A DNA stretch of 64,000 nucleotides from Sphyrna mokarran (lineage: Eukaryota). Numbering within the stretch: the first letter of the stretch is position 1; every line of letters starts with the position of its first letter. Of this stretch, positions 53,696 through 64,000 are shown in pieces. The position numbers and the translations under genes were made by a program. Under the pieces are notes generated by a model that saw only the letters and a list, made by a program, of their open reading frames with translations, did not search any database and had not been told where the DNA came from. The stretch lies in the NCBI GenBank assembly GCA_024679065.1, contig JAGIQG010000003.1, positions 33,232,001 to 33,296,000 of the forward strand. The letters are read 5' to 3'.

Positions 53696-55348
53696 AGTGA
53701 GAAGTCTCACTACACCAAGTTAAAGTCCACCAGGTTTATTTGGTAGCAAATGCCACTAGTTTTCAGAGACTGGTTGTTCCTTCAAAAGGTGAGTGGGAAT
53801 TCTGTTCGCAAACAGGGCATATAAAGACACAAACTCAATTTACAGAATAATGATTGGAATGAGAACCTTTACAAGTAATCAAATCTTAAAGTCACATTAT
53901 GACTAATCAAGTCACATGTGAGTGCAGAGAGCATTAAGCACAGGTTAAAGAGATGTGTATTATCTCTGGACAGAACAGTTAGTGAGATTTTACAAGTCCA
54001 GGCGAGTTGTGGTGGTTACAGATAGTATGACATGAACCCAGGATCCCGGTTGAGGCTGTCCTCATATGTGCAGAGCTTAGCTATTAATCTCTGCTCAGTG
54101 ACTCTGCGCAGTCTTGTTTCATGAAGGCTGCCTTGGAGAACACTTACCTGAAGATCAGGGGCCGAATGCCCATGCCGAAGTGTTCCCCAACAGGAAGAGA
54201 ACAGTCTTGCCTGGTGATTGTCAAGTGGTGTTCATTCATCCATTGTTGTAGCATCTACATGATATCCCCAGTATAAAAAGCCTCGGGACATCCTTTCCTG
54301 CAGTATATCTGGTAGACAGCATTGGCTGAGTTGCAGGAGTATGTACCTTGTACCTTATCAATCGACAGCTCCAACGCGCCACAGCGAAAAGCTGCACCCA
54401 CCTCCTCAGAAGACAAACATGGGACTCGGTTGATAGAGTACCCTTCGTTGTCCAGTACTTCCCCGAAGCGGAGAAGCTATGACATCTCCTTTGGAGCCTT
54501 CAACGTATCATTGATAAAGACGAACATCTTGTCAAGGCCATCCCCAAACTCCCACTTCTTGCCTTCAAACAGTTGCACAACCTCAAACAGACCATTGTCC
54601 GCAGCAAACTACCCAGCTTTCAGGAGAACAGTGACCATGACACCACACAACCCTGCCACAGCAACCACTGCAAGACATTCCGGATCATCGATACGAATGC
54701 CAAGATCTCATGTCAGAACACCATCCACCAGATACACGGCACATACTCCTGCAACTCAGCCAACCTTGTCCACTTGATACGCTGCAGGAAAGGATGTTCC
54801 AAGATATGGTACATTGGAGAGCCCAATGGATGAATGAACACCACTCGACGATCATCAGGCAAGATTGTTCTCTTCCTGTTGGCGAACACTTCAGCGGTCA
54901 CGGGCATTCGTTCTCCAAGGCGGCCTTCATGACACACGACAGCGCAAAGTCGCTGAGCAGACACTGATAGCCAAGTTCTGCACATATGAGGATTGCCTCA
55001 ATGGGATCTTGGGTTCATGTCACGCTATCTTAACCTATACGATTTGTCTGGACTTGCAAAATCTCACTAACTGCCCTGTCTGGAGACAATATACATCTCT
55101 TTAACCTGTGCTTAATACTCTCTCCACTAACATTGCCTGTAGCTTTAAGACTTGATTAGCTGTAAAGATTCACATTCCAATCATTATTCTGCAAATTGAG
55201 TTTGTGTCTTTATATGCCCTGTTTGTGAACAGAACTTCGACTTACCTGACAAAGGAACAGCACTCCGAAAGCTAATGGCGTTGGATTTTAATCTGGTGTT
55301 GTGAGACTTCTTACCGTGTTTACCCCAGTCCAACGCTGGTATCTTCAC
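53696..55348. mobile_element. Penelope-like element with inverted 5' duplication and 13-bp TSD
   Basis: The + segment (about 54360-55348) encodes GIY-YIG pieces (NLVHLIRC...YIGE); the - segment (about 53696-54350) mirrors its 3' part. AGCAGGAGAACAG occurs at 53683-53695 and 55349-55361. Confidence 0.9.
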
Positions 55349-55509
55349 AGCAGGAGAACAGGGCAGAATTGGGAAGCTGCAAATCGCTGATTGGGGGGTG
55401 AAGTATGAGTAACCCGGGATGGGGGTGGGAGAGGTGGGAAGGTGAGGAAGGGGGGGAAGGGATCGGGGCCCTAGCTTCACACCACATCCCACCAAATCCA
55501 TCTTCAAAA

Positions 55510-55762
55510 ACACAAGAGAGAGACAGAGTCGGAAATGAAAGAGAGAGAAAACAGTATATATAAGGAGAGAGAATGTATGAGAGAGAAGAGAAAATGAGAA
55601 ACAAAATGGGAAAAGAGAGAGATCCCAAAGTGACAAAGAGGGGAAGCGTGAAAGAGTGGGAAATGAGAGAGAGTGTGAGAGCGAGTGAGAAAGGAGACAG
55701 AGAGTTTGTGAGAAAGAGGAGAAAAAGAGTGAGAAAGGAATGAGTGTGGTAGAGAAGAAAGA
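55510..55762. repeat. GA-rich low-complexity tract
   Basis: Near-continuous purine (GA/GAA) runs, which explain the spurious F/S/L-rich minus-strand ORFs. Confidence 0.85.
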
Positions 55763-57845
55763 CTCCATGGGATGTGATATAACATTTATCATTTTAAACA
55801 AAAAGCAGCCCCCATTTTAAGCAAATCTACTGGCGAATAGACTTGGTTTTCATGAAAATATGATCACATCAATTTTTTAATTAAGTATGGAGTTTACATG
55901 ATGGAAAATTTTGGCTTCATTTATATCAAAGAATGTAAAAAAATGAGCCAGTTTTTCAGATTACAACTTGATTTCTGTGCAAAATATAGGAAAAACGATG
56001 TCTTACTAAATATTAGTATTGGTTTTAAATGACCAAACGGAACAAATTTGAGTAAACTTAATAAAAATGTGTTTAAACAAAGCACTCTGCTTAATTGAGA
56101 CCTGAAATTAAACATACCTGGTATGAGTTTTCTTACCTTGTTCAGTGTAAAATTGGGATCAGTTGGGCGCTCTGGGTACTAATTGGGGGATCTATTGGAT
56201 GTCTGTGATCATTCACATACTTTGAGGCAAGCTGCCTAGAATATCATACTGTTGAGGACATCAGTGCTCCTACAGTGAATGAGGTTTGCAGAGTAGCTAG
56301 ATTGCGTCGTCAATCATATGAAGCTGAATTGATATCAGGATTATATTCTGATGTTCGATGCTCGAGCTAACACCCTCACTTAACCTCACACAGATGAACA
56401 CATATTTAGCAGTGGAAAAGACCTCCACAAATACTATTTAGAGAAATGTGGGGTGATCTTACCAAAAAAAAATGCAGAATGAGCATGAAAACGGGAGAGA
56501 ATTGTGCTTTCTTTTGGAAGAGTAAAAAAATTGAATCTTACTCCACTCTATGAAAAAAATAATGTAAGATGGGCACAAGGCTGATCTCATCAATGTTTGG
56601 TGCCCGTAAGATAGCGAAAGGCGAGAATTCGGGCGCTATCTTACCAACTGAGCCCAACCATCGGTTAGTGGGGCAAATAGTAAGATTGTGGCTATCATAA
56701 ATTGTTTAAAGATGAGTTGATATTTGATTTTTTCAGGCTGTTGCTTTGATTTGACAATTGCTTGTTGCTTTCCACAGTTCTTTAAAATTGCAAAAGTCTG
56801 GCAGGTTTTCCCAAAGTATTTGATGACGTCAAGACTACCTCTTAAACCAGTAGGTCTCAGGTTGACTCTATTGGTAGCATTGCTCTTGGAATACAGCATG
56901 ACTTGGACAATGTAGAGAGGCCACACAGAGCAGGGCAAACTGCTCAAAGAGATATCAAAGGAGCAGAAGGGCCCTTGAATGCCAATATCTGCTTAGCCCG
57001 TGCAGGAAGCAATTCTCCTACGTCAAGCACACTGTTGCAAATATGTGCAATATTTGGGCTTCAGTAATATTGTCCTTAGAAACTCCAGTTCATTAACATG
57101 AACGGCAACAGTCTAGGCCAGCAGACTGGCAGGTGTGAGAAAATGAATGCTGCATTCCTGAGTAACCATAACACCATGATCCACAGAGCTATTTCCACAT
57201 GCCTGGGGCATCATGTCAACAATCTAAGGGTGGGATTTTACAGCCTTTACATCACAAAACTGTAAAATCCCACGTAAGGTCAATGGATATTTTCATTGTA
57301 CATCCCCACCCGTTTCAATTCTGTGGCGGGCGAGGTGGCAAAATTCCAGCCTAAATCTTTTTACTTACTCATTCATGGGATCTGGACATCCCATTTATTA
57401 ACCATCCCTATTTGCTTCTGAGAAGCTCATCTACTGAGGAGAGACTGCAGGACTACCGTGAATGTCTGCAAAGTCCTTTGCACATTATTGCCATCATGAC
57501 CATGGATTACAATCTAAACATGCAACGTAGTAAGCTGACCTTATATGGTAGCAGTTTGAGTCCACCCTAAAACACAAAATTCTGCTGGAAACTGATTATG
57601 CTGTAATGGGGGAAACTGAGGCATTGATCATCAGACAGTATCATGCTTGTGTCCACGAGAATTCTGATGGAGCTGGCCACAATTTCCATGCTGGAAATTA
57701 TGGGCTCCAGGCTTTGTTGAACCTGAACGACTTGAACTTAGTCTCCTCTTTCTATGACATAATATAATTCCTATGTTAGGAAGGGCTTCCTAATACTCCA
57801 GGAATTCTATTGTTTATACCCATCAGAATTGTGTTGTGGGTTATT

Positions 57846-58160
57846 CCATTAAAACGTGCACCTGAGTCTTCTGCAGCAGGATTCATGCACTAACCTTTTC
57901 CCTTGCTCTGGGTTCGGGTTGTCTATGATTTGTGTCTTGTCTCTGTTCCTACCTCTAAGTTCCACACAGTTTCAGGGCCTGAACTGATGGCTGCGAGCAT
58001 GAAAGCAGATGACAGTGAGGTTTCATCATCACTGTCTTGTGTATCTGAAAGGCTAAAGGCACAAGGAGAAGGATGGAGTGTGGGGAATAGAAAGGGTGCT
58101 GCGCGTACACCTTCTGCAGCTGTGAATCAGCAGAAAGTGTGGGATGAGGAAGAGGTGTGA
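57846..58160 (-). mobile_element. Harbinger-like internal fragment, copy A
   Basis: Aligns by eye with 59380-59680. The minus strand has a ctttcag acceptor and a decayed acidic/Ser-rich frame similar in style to the 33-35 kb element. Confidence 0.5.
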
Positions 58161-59379
58161 TAACAAATAGGAGTAGCAGGTCATGCAGCCCTTTGAACTT
58201 GCAAAACCATTTAATAAGATTATGGGTGATCCTTGACCTCAATTTCAATTACCTGCTTGATTTTCATACACTTTAATCCTTTTACAGACCAAAAAGGATG
58301 TATTTCTGGGTTATTAGTTCATATCCTCACTAGTCTTGGTTAAGAAGGGCTAACTGAATTTCTGTATGATTTCTTGGCAATTATCTCATACTATTAACCT
58401 CTTGATTTGTTCTTCCCATAAGTGAAAACACTCATCCTCTAGTCTACTGTATCAAAGCCTTTCATCATTTTGAAAACTTTATAGGTTGCGAATGAATCTT
58501 GTGTTGTCAACAAAGAGAGATTCACCTGGTTATCTTTCCCTGATAAGTATAATGGTCTAAATTTTCACACTTGAGATAAGTAGCATGAGCTGGTAAAATT
58601 CCTACCTACACCTCAGAAGTAAGTGGCACAGGAGGCATAATTTTCATTGCTGGGAGGGGAGGGAGGGGAGGGAGGGTGGGTGCAGACTGCATAAAGGCTG
58701 GGAAAAAACTCTGAGGCAGTCACAGGGACTCTCGGGTGCCAAAGTATGTTGTGGACTTTGTCCCAGTTAAAACAAAAATACCAAGGTCCTGCAGCACATA
58801 TCAGTCACACCCCTCACAACACCATCATCTCCCCATGTGCTATCTACATGCTTCTCCTTGTATCTGCATAACCCTTCAAGCCCTTTAGTCCGAGCTATGG
58901 CTCTCCCAAGTCCACTCAGGTTCTCCATACTGTATAGAAGCAATCAACTTCACAATAGCAGTAAAAGAGAAACTTCAATAAAACAATCATTCATCACTTT
59001 CCATTTACTTAAGTTTTTTACTACAAGCCAATAAAAGTATCAATCATCCAGATCTTTTAAAGTATCAATATCAGAAACAGCAAGCACTTGAAACCTCTTA
59101 ATCTTGTACAAATAGATATTGTGCATTTGACAGAAAATAACAGAAAGTCGGAATTGTCAATCAAGTGATGTTTGCCCCAGGGCTCAGTTGTTTCAACAGA
59201 CTGATGGAATTCTAAGCTCTCTGCCAAGCATGCATAATGAAGATATCACTTTTGGGTTCTTTGCTTCAAAAAATGTACAGTGGATGAATGGACATGGAAG
59301 TGCCATAGCTTAGCAAGGAGCTTCTTCCTGCTTCAGGAATTCTGCTGTTCAAACCCATCAGTCTTGATCTGTAGGTTGT

Positions 59380-59680
59380 CCCATTAAAGTGTGCACCTGA
59401 GTCCTCTACAGCAGAACTCATGTGCTAGCCTTTTCCCTTACTCTGATTTCAGTTAACCATGTTTGTTATTTTGTCTCTGATCTTACCTCTAAATTCCATA
59501 CGGTTTTAATGTCTCAACTGGTGGTTGTGAGCATGAGGTTTTAACATCATTATCTTGCATTTCTGAAAGGCTAAAGGCATGAAGGAAAGGATGGGATATG
59601 GGGGAAGTAAAGAATGCTGTGCTTACACTTTCTGCAGCTTGTGAATCGGCAAAGAATGCGGGATTAGGAGGAAGTTCTCT
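59380..59680 (-). mobile_element. Harbinger-like internal fragment, copy B
   Basis: Diverged direct repeat of 57846-58160 with a deletion of about 14 bp. Confidence 0.5.
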
Positions 59681-59689
59681 TCCTTCATC

Positions 59690-61400
59690 ACTAGCACCTC
59701 AAAACATCAATCAACTTTGTTCATTTTTGTGCTTATTAAACTATTATGGAAGGTTTGTCTTTGATCTAGCTGCTATTATACACAACTTATTATGTCAAAA
59801 CAGGAGATGGAAATGGCTTTGAGAAAGTCTTCATATAAGCTAAGAGATATTACCAAAGTCAGAAGTCCTAACACACTTGGATCTGAATTTACTTTTGCCA
59901 TTGGGATGTGACACATCATTATGAGTGGTAAAGATAGTGGTGTCTCACATAATATCCAATGGTGAAGAGAACCCGAAAGCTTTTGCATCAAGATCCTTGA
60001 ATAAAGTAGAAATGAACTACGCATAGAAAGAAGCTCTCAATTATTTTCAGAATCCAATGTTTCTATAAATATCTGTGTGGTAGGGAATTTACTTTGTTAA
60101 TGGATCATTGATCACTGACAATGATACTTGGGCCCCATACTAGGATTCCATCTCTGACAGTGAGCCAAATGTAGAGATAGGCATTTCTGTTGCCAGCACA
60201 CACAGACATGACAAACTATCATCAATCAAATCTCCATGGGAACACTGATGGACTCTCCTGATACATTTATCCAATGCATCATCAATAAATAGTTTGAGTG
60301 GAAACATTTTCTACTTTGAGCAAGTAGAGAACACTCCTATAACTCCAGAACAAGTTAAGAAGGAAACCAGAAATGACCCAATACTGTCAGAAGTTATGGA
60401 CATGTTACTTTCTGGTAAGACAGTGGGAGCAAACCCAGAGTTTAGTCTATATGTCATCCAAAAACTCAAATTATCTGAATAGCTCATTGTCTCCTCTGGG
60501 GAATAAGTGTAATTATACCATTATTATTAAGGAAATATGAACTAAGCCAACGATATGAAGGTCACCATGGTGCAGTAAAGATGAAGGAGATAGCTAGAAG
60601 CTATTTTTGGTGGCAGGACTTGGTACTAAATTTGCAGAGAAGGCAGAACTGTGTTTGTCTTGTGCAAAAGTTCTGAACCTGTCACCACTAGTGCCATTGC
60701 ACCCATGGGAATGATCAGAAGGGCCATGGCAAAGTGTTCACATAGATTATGCTGAACCATTCTAAGATCTATGTTTCTCATTGTGATCAACTCAACTCAA
60801 ATGGCTTGAAGTTGCAATTATGATGACCGTGTCATTGGAGAGAATTATGGAAAGCTTGGGTGAGACTTTTGGAAGATTCTATTATCCTGAACAACTTGTG
60901 CGTGACAATAAGTCCTAGTTCATTTTGCAAGAATTCATAAACTATTTAAAGGAGAACTGGATTTAACACATCTGATCTGCTCCTTATCATCCCACCACAA
61001 ACGGGCTGACAAAGTGGTTTGTTCAAATAATGAAACATCCATTGAAAGTAACTCGGGAGCAAGATTCATTGGCTAACTGATTGGGTCAGTTCTTGATGAT
61101 GTATAGGAATCCTACATATTCAACAACCCAAAGTTCTCAAGAATTGCTCATGATAAAATGTCAGTTTAAGACATCCAAGACAAGAGAAATTGTTAAAAAG
61201 AAACAGCAAGGTCAGGTTATACAAATGAGAACTGGGCTTTTTTATGAAGGTCAAACAGTATTAGCAATGAACTATGCTACCAGTGAGGAATGGATACCTA
61301 CTATTGTCTTAATACAGACAGGACCAATTCCTACACCATACAAACTCAGGACAATGTAATGTGGAGAAGACATGCAGATCAACTTTTGACAACCAGAAGC
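59690..61400 (+). mobile_element. Degraded Ty3/Gypsy pol remnant (RT end, RNase H, integrase)
   Basis: APQNINQLCSFLCLLNYYGRFV, ETRNDPILSEV, EGHHGAVKMKEIARSYFWW, PWQSVHIDYA and SAPYHPTTNGL, with many stops and frameshifts. Confidence 0.88.
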
Positions 61401-63042
61401 AGTTTGTCAGAGACAGAATCAGCAACAAGCTGCATCAAGTGAAAACCTAGACATACACAAGAACCCGACAACACTCCAAACAAGTGGAGAAGACATTTGA
61501 AAACACTTCAACACCAACTCAACCACCCAGCGCTACATCGACTCTGGTGAAGACAGTCACGGATGAAGTTCAAACTAAACCATAAATACCAAAGATTGCA
61601 GTCAACACGAGAAAGCAGATACCTGAGGTTCACCTACAATCACCCAAAAATCGACATTCTTTGAAATGTCCAACCTATTGACTGTTCTGTTTATTAATTG
61701 CTACTTGCACCCAACCCAAAAAAACCAGTCTGATTCGCTCCTGTTTTATCGTTCAAGAATCTGTTTAATAAAATTCCACCCCTTGCCTTTTAGCCCTGTA
61801 ACATGGTTTCCTAGTTCCCACATTCCTGGTAAATTAGTTTAAATCTATCCCAACAACACTAGTAAATCACCTCACAAAGATATTGTCCCTGACTCAGTTC
61901 AGGTGCACTCTGACTGGCTTGTGCAAGTCCCATCTGTCCCAGAACTAGCCCCAATATTCCAGGAATCCAAAGTTCTCTCTTCCATATCATCTCTGCAGCC
62001 ACACTTTAACTTGCTACATCCATCTATTCCAGAGGTTACTACCTCTGATGTCCTCCTTACCTTAAAATTAGGGATCCCCTTTTAGGACAGAAATGAGAAG
62101 AAGTTTTCTCTCTCTGAGTGTTGTGTGACTTTGGAACTGTTTGCCTCAGAGATGGGTTCAATGAACATTTTCAAGACTGAGATAGAAAGGTTTTCGTTAG
62201 GCAAGGGAATCAGATCAGGGGTAAATAGAAATGTGGAGAATTAGAAACACAGTATGCCACTTTAAAGGGCAAGCTCTTAAAGGGTCTTGTGACCCATTCA
62301 GCCAATTAGGCTGGAGCTGATGGTTTTCCTTGCCAGTTATGAGTCTGGAGTTGGAATTATGGTAGCCTTCATAACATGTTATGTACATAGTTATTGTCAT
62401 AGCTTGAGACAGTTCGATGTGGCAAATAACAAACTAAAAGATTTAATGATTGGGAAGAACTATCTAAAAGAAAGGGTTTAGCAAGCACAACTAGATAAGT
62501 CTCCTCCTAACAATATCTTGACTCCAACTGCAGCCCTGGGGACGCACACCTTCACTCTTGGTCAACTCGCACTCCATTTGTTCCAACAGAGTCATGTGGC
62601 CCAGAAAGGATTGCCATTAAAGGGACCAAGCTTCCACAGTTACTTACCTTAATAAGCTGTCCATTTGTTAATCTCTTGGTGGTCATTCATTTTTACAAGA
62701 TATTACATCAGCCATGTTCTTGATAAATAGTGGTACATGCTTAAAAGGCCCAATGGTCTATTGTTGCTCTCATTTCATATGCCTGAGTGTATTAGCTTTT
62801 TCTTTTCACCCAAACCTCTCGTTGCAGGAGCTCATCCATCATTTTACCTACGTTCTTCCGTAGATGTAGAACGACTATTGCACCTCCTGCCCCCCGACAC
62901 CCCCAAATTTGCTCTGCCGCTGATTAATGACATCCTTGATCCAGGCATCTGGGACACAACATACTATACTGGATTCAGCCACAGAAACACTTACCTGTTT
63001 TCCTAACTACCAAGTCCCCTATCACAATTGATTTCCTAATCT

Positions 63043-63730
63043 TGAGCTGGATTTTATGCCACGCAATCCTCCAGGTGGGGAAGTTGGGGTGTGAGGGGAT
63101 GGCCAGATTAGGAGGCCATAAAATGCCATGGCTACTGTGCCTGCCATCCAACCACCTGCTCCTTCACTGGCCACAATTTTCCCAATGGTGGGGGAGGCTC
63201 ATGCCAAACATTCAGCCTGGCATTTTTCATTGTGGAAGCTACTGGTGGGCAAGTAGTACCTCCTTCATGGCTCCCAAGTACTAATGGAAGCCACATAAGG
63301 TGTCCTCTCCATTCCCTTCCTCTCTTAACCTGATTATCCTAGACTCCCCACCCCTACCCCTTCACAATCCTCCCAACTTTGTTGAGGCTTCCCACACTGT
63401 CAGTAATGAGGCCTTTGGTCAAAGCCTTGTCCAGGTTTCAGCTCAGCACACTGAATCTTTCAGACCTCACTACATTATTGGTAGTACGCACTGCTCCCAG
63501 CAGCCCTCTGGGTACTGGAGAGTGACTGGCCTCTGAGGAGGGATTTCCTTTTCCTGTAGGTCCCAAAACAGACTGATAAGTTGCTGAGGGAAGAGCCCTT
63601 AGCAATGTTTTATTTATATTATCAACCCCAATGCAAAATGCTTCTTCTTTCTGCAAACTCTGCCTGGAAGTATCCATTCCATCTCCCCCCAAAACTGGTC
63701 CCAGTGAATTTTTGAATCAGGTGATACTTC
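63043..63730. mobile_element. Probable Harbinger-like non-autonomous remnant
   Basis: Begins with TIR-like gagctggatttt and has a C-rich interior like the other copies; family is inferred. Confidence 0.4.
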
Positions 63731-63916
63731 AGGCTGTTCCACTAACGTATTTATAATGAAAAATCTTTCCTATGTGGAGATCTGGATTTTCATTCTCTGA
63801 CACTGACCAACTGACGCTTTCCATCTTAAACTGTCAAGCAATTACACGGTGCTAATTCAAATGAAGCACAGCAGTTAGATTCTGAAAAGTACTTGGAATC
63901 TGGCATGGAGTTTAAT

Positions 63917-64000
63917 CATAGAATCCCTACCAGGCAGAAGGAGGCCATTCGACCCATAGACCCTGCACTAGTCAACAATCCCACCCAAGCCTGATCGCTG
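63917..64000 (-). mobile_element. HE1-like SINE 3' end, cut by the window edge
   Basis: catagaatccctac..gcagaaggaggccattcg, as in the other copies. Confidence 0.75.

Noticed and set aside
55184-55801. Longest ORF in the window (205 aa, hydrophobic)
   Set aside because: Antisense reading of a GA-rich low-complexity tract plus the Penelope end.
56724-56915. Cys-rich + strand ORF with acceptor-like sites as possible ATP13A exon 2
   Set aside because: Lacks the expected FGY and FYWRP motifs, and the phase-0 reading from the first acceptor stops after a few codons.

Overview
Eukaryotic vertebrate genomic DNA, most likely a shark (inferred from HE1/V-SINE-like, Deu-SINE-like, CR1, Penelope and Harbinger repeats). 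It is AT-rich and repeat-dense; there is no prokaryotic system or CRISPR array. The left 26 kb holds the 5' part of OPA1 (mitochondrial dynamin-like GTPase) on the minus strand. That gene has a CpG-island non-coding first exon with an ETS/GABP motif, a candidate small ATG exon, and exons equivalent to human 2, 3, 4, 4b, 5, 5b and 6, all with matching splice phases. About 23 kb upstream on the plus strand is a 63-nt first coding exon of an ATP13A4/ATP13A5-like P5B-ATPase, head-to-head with OPA1 as at human 3q29. The remainder is mostly decayed mobile DNA: CR1, L2, RTE and Rex LINE pieces, SINEs, Penelope elements with 13-bp TSDs and hammerhead-like motifs, Harbinger remnants, a degraded endogenous retrovirus and a Gypsy pol remnant. 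The most notable observations are uORFs whose stop codons overlap the main ATG in both genes (ATGA in OPA1, TAATG in the putative polyamine transporter), a GC-AG donor at OPA1 exon 5, and a long Penelope inverted repeat. All calls come from manual reading and recalled family motifs, and repeat boundaries are approximate.
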